A program made the position numbers and the translations under genes. A model generated the notes under the pieces. That model searched no databases, was not told where the DNA came from, and saw only the letters and a list, made by a program, of their open reading frames with translations. Below are positions 1-12,338 of a stretch of 64,000 bases of DNA, piece by piece. The DNA lies in assembly GCA_965202585.1 (NCBI GenBank), contig OZ241832.1, forward strand, positions 33,542,001 to 33,606,000, read 5' to 3'. How positions within the stretch are numbered: position 1 is the first letter of the stretch; each line of letters opens with the position of its first letter. The stretch comes from Thalia democratica (Eukaryota).

Positions 1-3000
1 TCGATTCTTTACCGGGTTCAGACGTCTTACAAGCTGACAGTTTTGATGAGAAATCGTTATTTGTCACTTTGGTCAAAGATAGAGTGTTCGGTTTAAATGT
101 ATTTCTTTTAACTTCATCACCATTTTCTTCGCGATTCTGATTTTTATTGCCACTGCTGGCTAAATTGAAATCAGAGCTTGTCGGTGAAGAAATTACACTA
201 AAACGACAGCTTTTGTCGTTGTTGCTAGTTGGAAGTTGTCTGTCGATGTTACTTCCGTTTGTAATATTTACACGAATGCAGTTTTCAATGGCGGAAAGAC
301 TTTGAAGCATACATGCCTTGTCGGTTTCTGATGCGCTTTTCAAATTTTGAATGCACTTTTCCAGTTCACTTATACTTAGCTTGCTTTTTTGCAACAAATT
401 TGCAGTGTTAGCTTGACTGTCGACTGTTGAGTCACTTTTTGTGGTTCGGCTGTTACATTTCAGAGTATTGTCAACAGTAAGCGTGTTTACGTCTTTTGTG
501 TGAAGTTTGTTTTTGTTAAAGTCGTCTATTGCTTTACTTATTTTGTTTAAAGTTTTGTACTTTTCTCCTTTGAAATCTTCTGTTTGTTTTTGAGAAGTGA
601 ACTTCTGAAGAGCTTGTAGAATATTAGATGTCTCTGATTGGTTTGTTTTATTGTTGACTATTGACGGAGTTTTAGTATTCCTTCTTTGATTAAAATGTAA
701 ACTTTTGGTTGATCCTGTAATTTTTTGAACTAGTTGTATTACATACGGATGAAATAAAGTAGTTTGACTGGTTTATATTCACATATATACAATATGTAAT
801 TTGCTAATAAAAGCAGTTAATTATAAATATAATTTATATGTTTATGGTGTTTATGTAGTAAAATTTCACTTTGATAAAGCCAAAACACCTCTTGTTTTAT
901 GACAAAACAAAGTCAGTGAAATCGCTAGTTTTGTAAAACTGCAAAATGAGACGAAGTAAACTAAATTATTTTTGTAAAACCATAAATATTACAAATAGTA
1001 TAAGTGTCGCATGTCTTTAATGATTGATTTAAAAAGACTTTACAGTTTGTTTTCGTATTTTAGAGTTGTATTTTAACAACATACAAAAGTATCAATACCT
1101 TTAGTCGAATCCAAACTTAAGTTGTGACTTTCTAAAAAGCTTAAACTAGTAGATAACCAAGAATGCTTTAAAACTTCTTCTATTTCAATTCTGTTTTCAG
1201 CATTTTTGTTGTTCAGAGCTCGGTATAAATTCCTAAAATCTGTTTTTACTCACAACTTGCACTTTGAATACTTTTTATTAATTTGCTCAACTTAAACAAC
1301 TTTAAAAAACTTGTTTTATGTAACCTAAATAGGTAAAACCTTAATTTACCTTAATTTTTAATTTACACCAAGCTAAGTGTAAGATAAACATGTAAACTTA
1401 TCTCACTTTCACTGTATCCATAGAGATTTGAAAAAGAGCAATTTGAGTCGCTTATTCCTATAAACTTTTTCAACATAATCCCTCTGTAACATAATAAAAG
1501 TATTTGAATAGATATATAAGCTTGTATACTACTTACTTGACAAAAATTTTTACACGGAATTCAAATAAGCTCGATTCATATTTAAGCATCAACTTACAAG
1601 TTAAGAACGTCGTTTGCCTTGCCAAAACTGAACACACCACCCTGCACGACACGCATGTGGTGGAATCCTGAAAGTTTCAGGTTGCAATCCCCAGTTGCCA
1701 GCACACTTTTCAGGCTGAAGTTCCTGAAAAAAGTGTGGGTTTAGTTGTTTTAATTAAATAAAAAGTACTATACTTTTTTTGAAAGGGTACAATTGAACTT
1801 TTTTATTTTATCAATTAAACGTATATATATATATGTTTTTCTGTTTTAATATTCGTAGAAGTTTTATATAAACTTATTATAAAACTCTAAATGTTCAGTC
1901 TGAAAATTATAAATATCTGAAAGGAAAAAATATGTCGCGTTGTCTGGACAGTAAATATTTTGTAATACTTCACATACACATTAACTTAACTAGGTCTAAT
2001 AACTATAATTTAATTGTATAAAAAATTATAATTAAAAAAAGTTTTTGGATATATTTAGCATATGTGAAATTTTTGTTGCCAAAAACACTCCACAAGATAT
2101 ATAAATTCTTACGATATAAATAAGCTACAGCAAATTGTTTGTTGTTTTCTGCTAGTAAATTTTGTTACGCAGACTTAGTTACTTGAGAAAAGTATAAAGG
2201 CATAAACAAAGGAATAAGGGCATTTAGTGTTCAAATTGATGAGTATTTAATGAAACACTTTAAAATTATTAAAAATTAAACTAACTATAAGCTTAAAGTT
2301 TTATATATTCTGACAACGTACTTATATACAATATTTTTAGAATGAAGACTCGCTATTCCTTTAAATATCGGTTCAACCAGCACTTTAATAACTTCTTCTG
2401 ATAGTTTTGCTTGTTCTAAAGCAAATTTTCGCACTAGTTTTTCAAGACTTCCCTCGCTCGCATATTCTTCAACTATATAAACTTTTTCATCCGAGATAAA
2501 TATTTCAAAGACGTAAAGCTGTTCACATTTCATCGGTGTTTTCAATTTATAATAAGTTATTTATTGTTAAGTTTTAGCCAAAAGAAATCTATATACTTCA
2601 ATATTCATCAATAACTATAGTAATGCTATTAGTACTTATTAAAATTTATGAAAGCTTTAAGACCTTATTCGTAAGAAATTACTAGTTCAATTACTAGGGT
2701 GCAATAAAACCTTAATTAATTATTTCGTTACATAAAAAATGTACCCTTTTTGTGCAAACAATTTTATTGGGTACTTTTAACATTCATTACTTTTAGTTAA
2801 AATTTATATCATTTAAAAATAGAATTAGTTTAATGATGTATAAACGATTTAACTCAAACTTTTTTTTTTGAGTTACTTAACTTAAGTAACATGAAGAAAC
2901 AGTTAATTATTATAACTTGACTTTGATATTTAGGCAAAGTAGTGAAAAGTTGTTTTTTTGTGTTTATTAACCAATTTACTTTTTAATTATATTTAAAAAG

Positions 3001-3798
3001 TTACATGGAAAACTTACAACATTATCCAATTCACAGCAGTTTTTGCATATCTTTATTGTAGTTGGAAATTTGTTTTTTTGGTTTTCGTTAAGTTCATTTA
3101 AATTTATTATTTTTATAGCTACCTGCATAAAAGTTATATTCATTAAACATCTGGTAGAAAATTTAAAATAAAATATATTGATTTGTAAACGGAAATCAAT
3201 GAGATATTTTTACAAAACAGCTTTTGTGAGCTTATATATTAAACAGATAAAAAGTGATGGTTGAATTTACACTTGAAATCTTCTTAGAAACTTAGATTTT
3301 ATGTTTTTTATTTAAATGTTGTAATATAGAATCTAAGAACTGTTAAGTATAGCAAATATAGATTTTTTTTTACTTAATTTACTTAAAGTTTATATAAAAT
3401 ATTTCAAACACTGTAAATTAGTTTTAAAGAGCTCTGCAAAAACATTTTTTCAAAATCACATCACAAAAATGTATATTACTTAAAAAAAAAGTAAAGTTCT
3501 TTCTTATTTAAGTTAGTTCCACATTTTATAACTAAAATTTAGTGAATTAAACCATCTTTTAAGACTTTAGATTGTGTGCGTATATTTCTTAGTTATAGAA
3601 CAATTTTTTTACCTGTTTCGGCAAGACTTTAGTCGTTGTACTTTGCTTTTCCTTGGTTGCTGTCGGTTTACACAAAAAAGTTCTGCTGTTCCAAGAGTCG
3701 GAACCCAAAAACAAACTTTCTGGCTTGCTCACATCTGGAACGTACCCATGGCAGCTTAAGTGAAGAATTTCTTCCTTAGATAAACTGGCATGGCTCAT
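1..3798 (-). CDS. TSSK/CAMK-like protein pseudokinase with long low-complexity C-terminal tail (3' end outside window)
   Basis: Phase-consistent GT-AG exons 3798-3613, 3122-3018, 2518-2322, 1723-1598, 1483-1407, 1239-1099, 714-<1. Translation shows HGY..LGSDSW (TSSK-like N-lobe), VAIKII, LYVFEIF..VYIVEEY, LHSKNIVYKNF, LKLSGFH, DVLNLGIML, RIEIEEVLKHSWL. The last exon is open for more than 230 codons to the window edge. Confidence 0.85.
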
Positions 3799-3997
3799 CT
3801 TAATACAGAACAAACATAAATAATTGACTTACTTTTTATAATCATTTGATTTAGGTCCTTTTTAATTAAACTTTTGAATCCAAGTATAAATACTACGTAA
3901 TTTACGTAATAATTCTTGTTTTTAATTTTTTGTTAAAAAATTTCGGTCTATATAAAAAAAAACTATTTGGGAAACTAAACTAGCTATACATATTTTA

Positions 3998-4456
3998 ATG
4001 GAAACTTTTCCGAGAGTCGCTTTGATAATTCTGGCCGTTGTTTTTGTCGCCTGGCTGCTATACGACTGGTCCAGAGCCCTTAGAGACCGATGCATGATGG
4101 TTAAAAAACTGGAAAAGTACAACGAAGCTTTTCCAATTAGTCCGTGGCATCCAAACTACCCTAAGCAACCAAGTCAGGAAGAAGTGGTGAAAAACGAAAA
4201 CCGTATTGAACCAAAACCAAAAAGTAAAGGTAAATCTTCAAGTAAAGTTGCATCAGAAGTTAATGAAAAAGCTAATGAGGAAAAAGTTTTACAAGTTAAT
4301 GAAAAAATTGATGAGGAAAAACTTTTAGAAGTTAATGAAAAACTTAATGAGGAAAAAGTTTTAGAGGTTAATGAAAAATCTAATGAGGGAAAAGCTTTGG
4401 AAATTAATGAGAAAACTAGTGAGATTGAAAACGAAGAAATAATACTTAAAAAGTAG
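3998..4456 (+). CDS. Intronless 152-aa protein with one N-terminal hydrophobic/TM segment and 12-aa acidic repeats
   Basis: ATG to TAG ORF; VALIILAVVFVAWLLY hydrophobic stretch; PISPWHPNYP motif; repeats of type EVNEKxNEEKVL. Confidence 0.7.
   Translation: METFPRVALIILAVVFVAWLLYDWSRALRDRCMMVKKLEKYNEAFPISPWHPNYPKQPSQEEVVKNENRIEPKPKSKGKSSSKVASEVNEKANEEKVLQVNEKIDEEKLLEVNEKLNEEKVLEVNEKSNEGKALEINEKTSEIENEEIILKK
4256..4423 (+). repeat. 36-bp coding minisatellite, about 4.7 units
   Basis: Units of the form gaagttaatgaaaaaNNNaatgaggaaaaagtttta, all in frame. Confidence 0.9.
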
Positions 4457-7220
4457 ACACCTTAGTGTATATGATTTACATTATTTTATTAATAAAACTT
4501 CTCAGTTCTCATAAAAGGACATTGTTTTCATATATGTTTTCATTAAAAAACTTTTAAGCATTACAAAAGTATCATATACACTTCTCTGTTTTATTTTTAA
4601 TAACTTAAATCATTTAAGTAAAAATAAAGGCTTATATTGAAAGATAATGTTAATGAATTAAACTTAGAACAATAAGCAAAGCTAAAAACTTTGTTTCTAA
4701 AAAAAAGTTATAACCTATCAATTATTTTTAAAAATAAAAATTTATAAATAAGCTGAAAAAATTACTTTATTGACTAATTAAGATGATTAAAATAAAATTT
4801 ATATAACATTTTTTTTTTGTTTTTTACAAATAATTTTAAAGATTCGTTTTAATGTCAAAGCTTTTAAAATATTCTATAAAGTAAAAGCTTTACAATATAT
4901 GAAAACAATAGGCAAAAATTATAAATTTAATATTGGTGAAAGCTGTTTTTAAATTAATATTGTTTTAGTAGAAAATCTAACAAAAAGAATCTTTTAATAA
5001 ATAAATTCACATACCTTTTATCGACTATATTTTAAAGCTTGTATATTTTATCTTAGTACATACTTTTTTGGATTTGTTTTGGAAATTAAAGTAAGAAATA
5101 TTATATTATCATTCAAACTTTGCCTTTTAAAACTCAATTCAAAATAATGCCAGATAGTGTGAATACCCTCAATAGATTACGTTGATGTTCTAAAAAACAC
5201 TTAGGAATGACTCACGATAAGTCGTACTCTACTTTATCATAAGTATTTTTTATCACATTTAAAATAAATTAGATAATAGTTTATAAGTAAGTTTTAATTA
5301 CATTTTTCTTTTTTTTTTTTAATGTATTTAGACAACTTCTGGAATTTTTTTACTATATCAAATTGCCTGATAACTGATACCATTAAAACATCAAGAATCA
5401 TGTACAATGCATGAAGAAAAATCAATTTATTTAAGTTAAAGATTTTGAAGAAATATTTTACAGTGAACTTAAAAACTAAGTTTAATTATATATAATTTAA
5501 ACTGTGAATTGTCTAGTATTTCGATAGTTTAAAAAAATGTTTATAAATTATAATATATACCTTAAGCTTATAAATATTTTGTATGAATAAACAGTTAAAA
5601 ATAACTTATATTGGTCATAACTTATTAACTATAACAAGTGGAATTACTTAAAAGTTAACAAAAATTAGGAAATTTTTTCAAAAAAGATTGTGAAATATAA
5701 ACAAAACCTATAAAAACTATAAAAAAAAGATTAATTTTTGTATGCAGTTAATTAAAATTTAATTTTTGAAGTAGTAATTTAAAATAATTTGTTTTAAGGC
5801 AATCTGCTTTAACTTTGCTAATTGGATAGGTATAAACTAAATTTTTCTATGTTTTAAGCATCTGTTAACTTGTTAATTAGTATTTTAATATAAACTTTTA
5901 TTGTTTGGTTAATTTTATTGTTACTTAAAGTAACAATATTACCTAATAATAGGAATTGTACTATTAAAAATTAAAATTCTGTTATCGTTTTTAGTTCATA
6001 AAATGCTAAATACTAAGTAGTTTGCTTTGAACTCAAGTTAGAATCAAATATTTTTAGAGTATTTATTTTTAAGATAAAATCATGGATGGATTTGCAATTT
6101 ACATCAAAATTATGAAATACTTCAGTAAAACTTCAAAACTTAATTGTTTTTTGTATTTACTTGCTTTTAACATTTATTAAAAAATTCGTTCAAGTTATAT
6201 TAATGGCTTGAAATATTTTAAAACTATTAATTTTGACAACCTACGCATGAGATATAATAAAAATAAAAATGTCTTATTGAAATACTCTATTTAATTTAAG
6301 GTATTTGTTTTTAATTTACATGCTAATTGTTTTTGAATAAGATGTTCTATAGAAACATAAATAATTAAAATTAATGAATTAAGACTAGGTTACTGAAACT
6401 AATAATTCATATGTAGAATTTGTTAAAATTAATTTAAATCTGTTTTTTGTATGATATTATGAAGTTTAAAAAACAATCTAAAGTCTAAAGCTTTATGAAG
6501 TTTTAAATTTTAACACAGAAAGTTTTATTTGAGATTAATTAATTACTTATCTTTCAGCTTTTCAAGTTAATACTTTGTTAGCTTTTTAATAAATAAAGAC
6601 AACTTTCAATTTAGTTTAATCAAAATATCTTATAAAAAATCACATTTAATTAATGCATTATTAAGCTTTTGTTTAAATAAAAGCACGTGAACTTTTTGCA
6701 AAATTGCTTCATACAAAAGTGTTCAACAAAAAACAATTGAGTATAATCGTTGCAGAAAAAATGTTTGAAACAATCAAAACCTATTGCAGCCTGTTATAAA
6801 ATTCAATTGTCATAATTAAGTCTACAAGTTAAGCTTTACAATCTAAAATTTTTATATTTGAACAGAGTAGAATTACAAGTTTAAGAAATAAGAATACGAA
6901 AAAAGATGAGAATTTTTTCAAGTTAATCATTTCAAGAAAGCTTTAATATATAAAGATTGTTTTAATTTTGAAAGTTTTATTTTATTGGTTATTTCATATT
7001 AAAATAAACAAAACATTTGTTTTGTATTTCAAAGGTTTTGTACAAGAGCTAAAACTATTTTAGCCAGTTTTATTAATAAAAACGACATAAAATCGAATTT
7101 TAAAAAATAAAAGTTTACTACTTATTCTCAAATTTACAACTAAGTAAAAAACTATCAAGTTATAAAAAAGATATATTGCTTTATGAAAAAAAAACAGTTT
7201 ATATATTGGAACACAACAAT

Positions 7221-7829
7221 ATGAAAAATTTAATGGAGTCTTCTAATTTGAACAAGAATCATTCAAATCTAAATAAAAATCTAAAAAGCAATCATTTTCC
7301 AAGCAACACTTCAAAATTTCATTTTTTCAAAAGAACCTTAAGAATACTGTTAAAAATCACCAGAAGAGCGCTTTACACACTGGCAGTTTTATTTTACTTG
7401 GTAGCAACCGAATCAGCCAACTTGGTAAAATTCGCGTGCACGAAACTCCGAAACTTTTATCTGCTCATTTCAACACCGGACGAAGAAACCCTTGACCATT
7501 TTTCCAGACACCTGTGGAGAGTGGAGATACAGAGACTCAGCGACCTGTTCGAACAACGAACTTCAACCATAAACGAGCTGCGACTCAGGTCGAGCGAACA
7601 TTACCGATTGAGCGAAGAACGAATATCAAATTTCAAAAGTTTCGAGTCGAGCGAAAACGAAGCAGGGATGCAGTGTGTTGTTTGTCTGAACGAATTTGGA
7701 CTCGACAGAAGTTTGATTCAACTTGACTGCGAACATTGTTTCTGCGCCGCTTGCATTAGAAAGTGGTTTGAAAATAAGAACTCGTGTCCGGTTTGTAGAA
7801 GAACATTTTACAATACTAATTTGAAGTAA
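7221..7829 (+). CDS. Intronless RING-finger protein (probable E3 ligase) with a hydrophobic segment
   Basis: First ATG at 7221. C-terminal CVVCLNEF..LDCEHCFCAACIRKWF..SCPVCR gives C3HC4 ligand spacing in a RING-H2-like context. ALYTLAVLFYLV is hydrophobic. Confidence 0.85.
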   Translation: MKNLMESSNLNKNHSNLNKNLKSNHFPSNTSKFHFFKRTLRILLKITRRALYTLAVLFYLVATESANLVKFACTKLRNFYLLISTPDEETLDHFSRHLWRVEIQRLSDLFEQRTSTINELRLRSSEHYRLSEERISNFKSFESSENEAGMQCVVCLNEFGLDRSLIQLDCEHCFCAACIRKWFENKNSCPVCRRTFYNTNLK

Positions 7830-8004
7830 ACTTGATTTTATTATTTCAGATTGTTGTTTGTTATATGATTTTTTTTTGACACAGTTCATATTTACAGACT
7901 CAAAATACTAAAGTAGAAATTTTCAGTTATTCTCATTTTAAATTTCAAAATTATGCTAAAGAGTGTTTTAAAAGTATTTGAAGTTTCTATAATAAATGTA
8001 TTCC

Positions 8005-8212
8005 CAAAATCCACCCGCGTTCAAAACACACGCATTCAAAATCCACCCCATTTTTTTTCTTTATTTACTAATTAACTTTATATATATTTTTCTCTTTTTG
8101 CAATTTCCAAGTTTATTTTTTATTTATTTTTCACTATCACTTTTACCCCTAACCCTTACCTTCCACCGGTAAGCGGTTCTCGAATTTGACTGGGTGGATT
8201 TTGAACGTGTCC
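8005..8212. mobile_element. Short MITE-like inverted-repeat element with a telomere-like ccctaaccct core
   Basis: ttcaaaatccaccc at about 8035-8048 (partial extra copy at 8005-8026) is inverted relative to gggtggattttgaacgtg at 8192-8209; internal taccctaacccttacc. Confidence 0.5.
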
Positions 8213-9724
8213 TAAAATATAAACTGTTAGTTGCTCGCTTACTTGAAGAATTTTTATGTGAAAATTTTTATTTTCATAACAAAAAAGATACTAACTTTTT
8301 GTTTAAATTATTTTTGTCAAGATTACTCCAAACTAAATAGTTTTAAAGAAAACTGTTCAAAATATTAACTAACTATATTAAACTAAGTTTACTGACTTTA
8401 AACATAATAGTAAAAAATATAGTGTAATTAATATATGACTTTATCTTTTATAAATACTTTATATGATTCAACGTTTTTGTTAGTTTTTAGTAAATACAAA
8501 GAACTTTTTACTATAGTTGTTAAAAATTTTTTTTAAGCCCTTAAGCTTTATTGTTATAACTTAATATCGTTTTATGTATAATTTTTTAAAAGTTTTTTGC
8601 TAAAAAATGTTTAACTTAATTATGTGTCATATGTGAAAGCCATTACATACTAAAATTATTTAGTCTCAATAATTTGTGTGACTAATTTGGCTTGTTTTAA
8701 AATGGAGTAAAACCTAAATTTTAGTTGCTTTTATGAACCAAAAGGATTAAACTTTTTTAGGTTTACTTCTTTGTAAATGTTTACCTAGCAAGTTTTCAAT
8801 AACTTTTCATGTTATGAAAATGACTTTATTTAAAAAAAGAGTTTTTTTATAACAAGTATATAAAAAAACAGTGAATACTTAAACTTCATTTTAAAATTTT
8901 CAAATAAATATTGTTATTTTTATCAAGTTTTTCATTATTTCGTATACCTCTTACACACTGTTAACTTTATGTTTTATTTATTTTTTGCTATTGCTTCTGC
9001 CTAATAAACTACAACTAACGATTACGTTATATTTGTTACTACGTTACTAACTAAAACTAATTTGTTTTAATAAGTTCTGCTAAAGTTTTGTTTTACTTAC
9101 AATACTTTAAATTGAAAGCATTGGTTTCAAAATTTAGCACATACAAATCAAATAGTAGTAAAAAAAAACTAACGGGGATATAAAGTAGATACAAGACTAC
9201 AATTTTCATAGCATTTATTTATTTTTAATGTGTTTTTGAAAGAAAAAATGATGAAAAGTACTATAATAAGTACCAATCATGTGTAGGGTTTATGTTAGGG
9301 CTTAAAGTTTTTAAGGTTCAAAAATTACAAGTACAAGAGGTTTTATCACTAAATTTGAATTCAAAAGTTTGTATTTTCAAAACCTTTTTTTGATTTAAGC
9401 AAATTAGTTTCAGAAACTGTAATACTTTTCTATAACTTTTTGATTTAAATAGCAAAAAGCTCTAATTCTAGTTTTTATTTATCTTTAATTCTTTGATAAA
9501 GTATTGTTTAGTAAAATGTTTTTAAGAAAAATATCAGAGCTGTCTTAAAAAAGAAATATAAGTTATTTTTTACTTTATCTTATGGTATTTTGAATTTCCA
9601 CACTTGTTTAGCTTTGTTTTTAAGAACTAAACTAACTTATTAAAAAGTTATAGATTTTTCGATTTCAACTAGTATTTAGAATTCAAAATATTTTAATCAG
9701 TTATAGAAAAGTGAAATAGTTCGG

Positions 9725-12338
9725 TTATGAGAACTCTTCGAGCAAAGAGTCGATTGCTTCGTTTAATTGCTCCGTAAAATTTGAGGTCGATTGAAGCAGA
9801 TTGTTCCCAGTGTTCTGAATTGGCAGATTTGCACTACATCCAATGTTTTGACTAGCTATGTGTGTGCTGTTACCATTGATCTGGTTAGTCAAGTTTGAAG
9901 TGTTTTCAATGCTTTTATTGGTAAGGTTTGAAACATTGTTTGAAGTTGGTTCCAGGTTGGACAAGTAAGTTGAAATTGGTTTTCGAAGTTGTTTTTGTTG
10001 TTGTTGTTGTTGCTGCTGCTGATGTTGTTGTTGATGTTGTTGTGGTTGTAGTTGATGTTGTTGTAGATATCCAAAGCCGTAAACAGCTTGACTTTCGTTG
10101 GTATTTTGCCCCAGAGACATCTCATTTGGAATGTAGCGTGAATAAGGTTGTAGCTGGTGATTGTTAACTGGGCGAAAATGGTCGATACCAACTTGTAACT
10201 TCGTTGGAGTCTCACCGAATACTGCAGTGACATCTTCGCTGTTCAAGCTTGGAAGCGGTCGGTTTGTCACATTGTTCACAGCTGGTTGTCTCTGTATTTG
10301 GTTGCTGCAACTTAAAGGTTGAGCAGCAAGTGAGAATGCTTGGTCAATTTCTTTATATTTTAAAGCTTTATTTATTTCGATTTTTGAGCGTGCTTTTTTC
10401 AAACTGCTTAACAACTCTCTGAAGTTACAAGGTAGTTTTATTTCGGTATTTATTGCTTCGCTGAGGCTATTTGCGATTCTGTACTTTTTACAATAAAACC
10501 ACCTGTGAACACACACCTCGTCCAGTTCTATCGTTCTGCTAATCGCCACAACTTGCTCGTTGCTGGGAAAACTTTCAACGCTACGACACATTGTTAAAAG
10601 TTCAACACGGTTTTTAGGCAGTTCAAAGTCGTAAGCTCTGCTTTCTTGCTCCTCATTCTGCGAGTTCGTGCAAACCCGCTTGACCGCGAACCACAAGTAC
10701 ACGTTGAGCCGTTCTGCCCTCAACGCGATGCTGAAGTTCGTTATGCCGTCATAGCCCGGTATCTGTGCTTTTTTGAAAAAGTATTCAGCTAACGGCAGCT
10801 GGCACGTGTCCATGAACTTGGTTGTTGCTTTAGTGTTTCGGTTGACCTGAAACCAGTTTCTAATGTAGTTTTTGTCCTTCTTAGTCGTTCTGCTTAGGTA
10901 GTTTATCTCAACAAATGAAGGGTGCATGCTTTTAAGGAAGAAAGTTGCCAATGCATTTTCAGATTCATCTTCATCAGCTGTTGTTGTGGAGAAGACTTGA
11001 TTATCTGTTTTGTTATTTTCATTTGAAACATTTTGTATATGTTCAGAATATTTATAACGATAAGTCGTGAATTTTAATAAAAATATGAAACTACTTGTGG
11101 AAATGTTGTTACCTTGAGTATTTTGATAATTCCTATCAGTAGAAGAACTTGATGTAACATAGTTGCTGTTAGTAGATAAACCTTGATTAGCTAAAAAGCT
11201 TCTTGGTTTTCTTGCTGTGTTTTTAATAAAACTGTATTTATTATGTTTAAAATAGTTCTTCTTAACTTTCTTTTTAGGTGTGTACGCTAAATTATTTTTT
11301 GCAAAAAATTCTTCCCAGAAAGTTTAGATTAATAATTTAAACTAACAAATACATAGTTAAATATTACAAAAGTTAAAATTTTAGTTTTAGATAAACCTTT
11401 AAGAACTTTAAAACTTTAACGAAGCTTAAAGATATTTTGAAAATTTTAAAACCAGTGCATAAAAAGGTTTAAATACACTCATCACAACAAAAGTGTTGTA
11501 ACAAACTATGCAAATTATTTGTTCAAATCATAGGTTTAGTATCATGAACATTTGTTTTTTAGGTACACTTAAATTTAAACAAATTACAATTAAATGAATT
11601 GTTTTATGATAAAGTATATTAAAAAGAATAAAGTTTTCATAGGAGTTAAAACTTAAATTTTCAATCGAAAAAAAAAAGCTGTCATTATTATTTATAACAC
11701 AGCTGAACATTCACTTATGTAACTATATTGATTTTGAAAATTTAAGGAGTTGTTAAGAACTTTTATTTTGCTAGTTAATACAAAAGTATGATTTATTTTT
11801 AGTACTTTTCTATTGATTAACTTAAATTTCCACTAATATAATATAAAAGTTCTTATGTCTTTTGAAATATTTTACTGATTGTTTAACAAGTTTAAAAACA
11901 TTGCCAAATAAAACACTAACGTAAAATTTGTTTCACCCTTCCGTTTCTTGTAGTTTTTATCTTGGTATTTTCTTCTGATGCTGAAAAACAATAGCTTATA
12001 ACATTATTTGCGTTAATAAGAAACTCAAGTGTAATATTATACAAGTTGTTAGAATTGTTTTTTTTTTCATCTGAGTTTTAAAAGAAATAAGAAAAACTTG
12101 AAAGATATTTTTTTTCGATTTGTCTAAATAAGTATTTAAGACATATAGTAAACTAACCGCAAATTTTTGGAATAAATTTTTCTCTGTCCTTCCAGTTTAT
12201 TGTATTGTACTCAGAGATACCAAATTCAGTTGATTTTCTTGAGTTGTTTTCAACTTCAGACTTCTGCTTAGACAGGTATTCTTTTAGGGCTGAAAGTTTT
12301 TTCTCGAAAGACACGTCATCCTCGCTTCTCCGTAGCAT
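9725..12338 (-). CDS. Triple degenerate-homeodomain protein, paralog A (about 580 aa), with polyQ tail
   Basis: Exon 1 12338-12158 (ATG, 60 codons+1, donor gttagt). Exon 2 probably 11286-9725 (acceptor aatttag, phase 1; frame open from 11323). Three helix-3 WF motifs (RNWFQVNR, YLWFAVKR, HRWFYCKK) with homeodomain spacing; PKKKVKK NLS-like motif; Q-rich tract. Confidence 0.8.

Noticed and set aside
3574-4122. ORFs 3574-3759 (+) and 3922-4122 (-)
   Set aside because: Antisense to kinase exon 1 and to the TM-repeat gene; no domain-like content.
7514-7889. ORFs 7514-7726 and 7626-7889
   Set aside because: Shadows of the RING CDS.
9889-10233. ORFs 9889-10233 (-) and 9928-10167 (+)
   Set aside because: Alternate-frame or antisense shadows of the CAA/CAG-rich polyQ region of homeobox paralog A.
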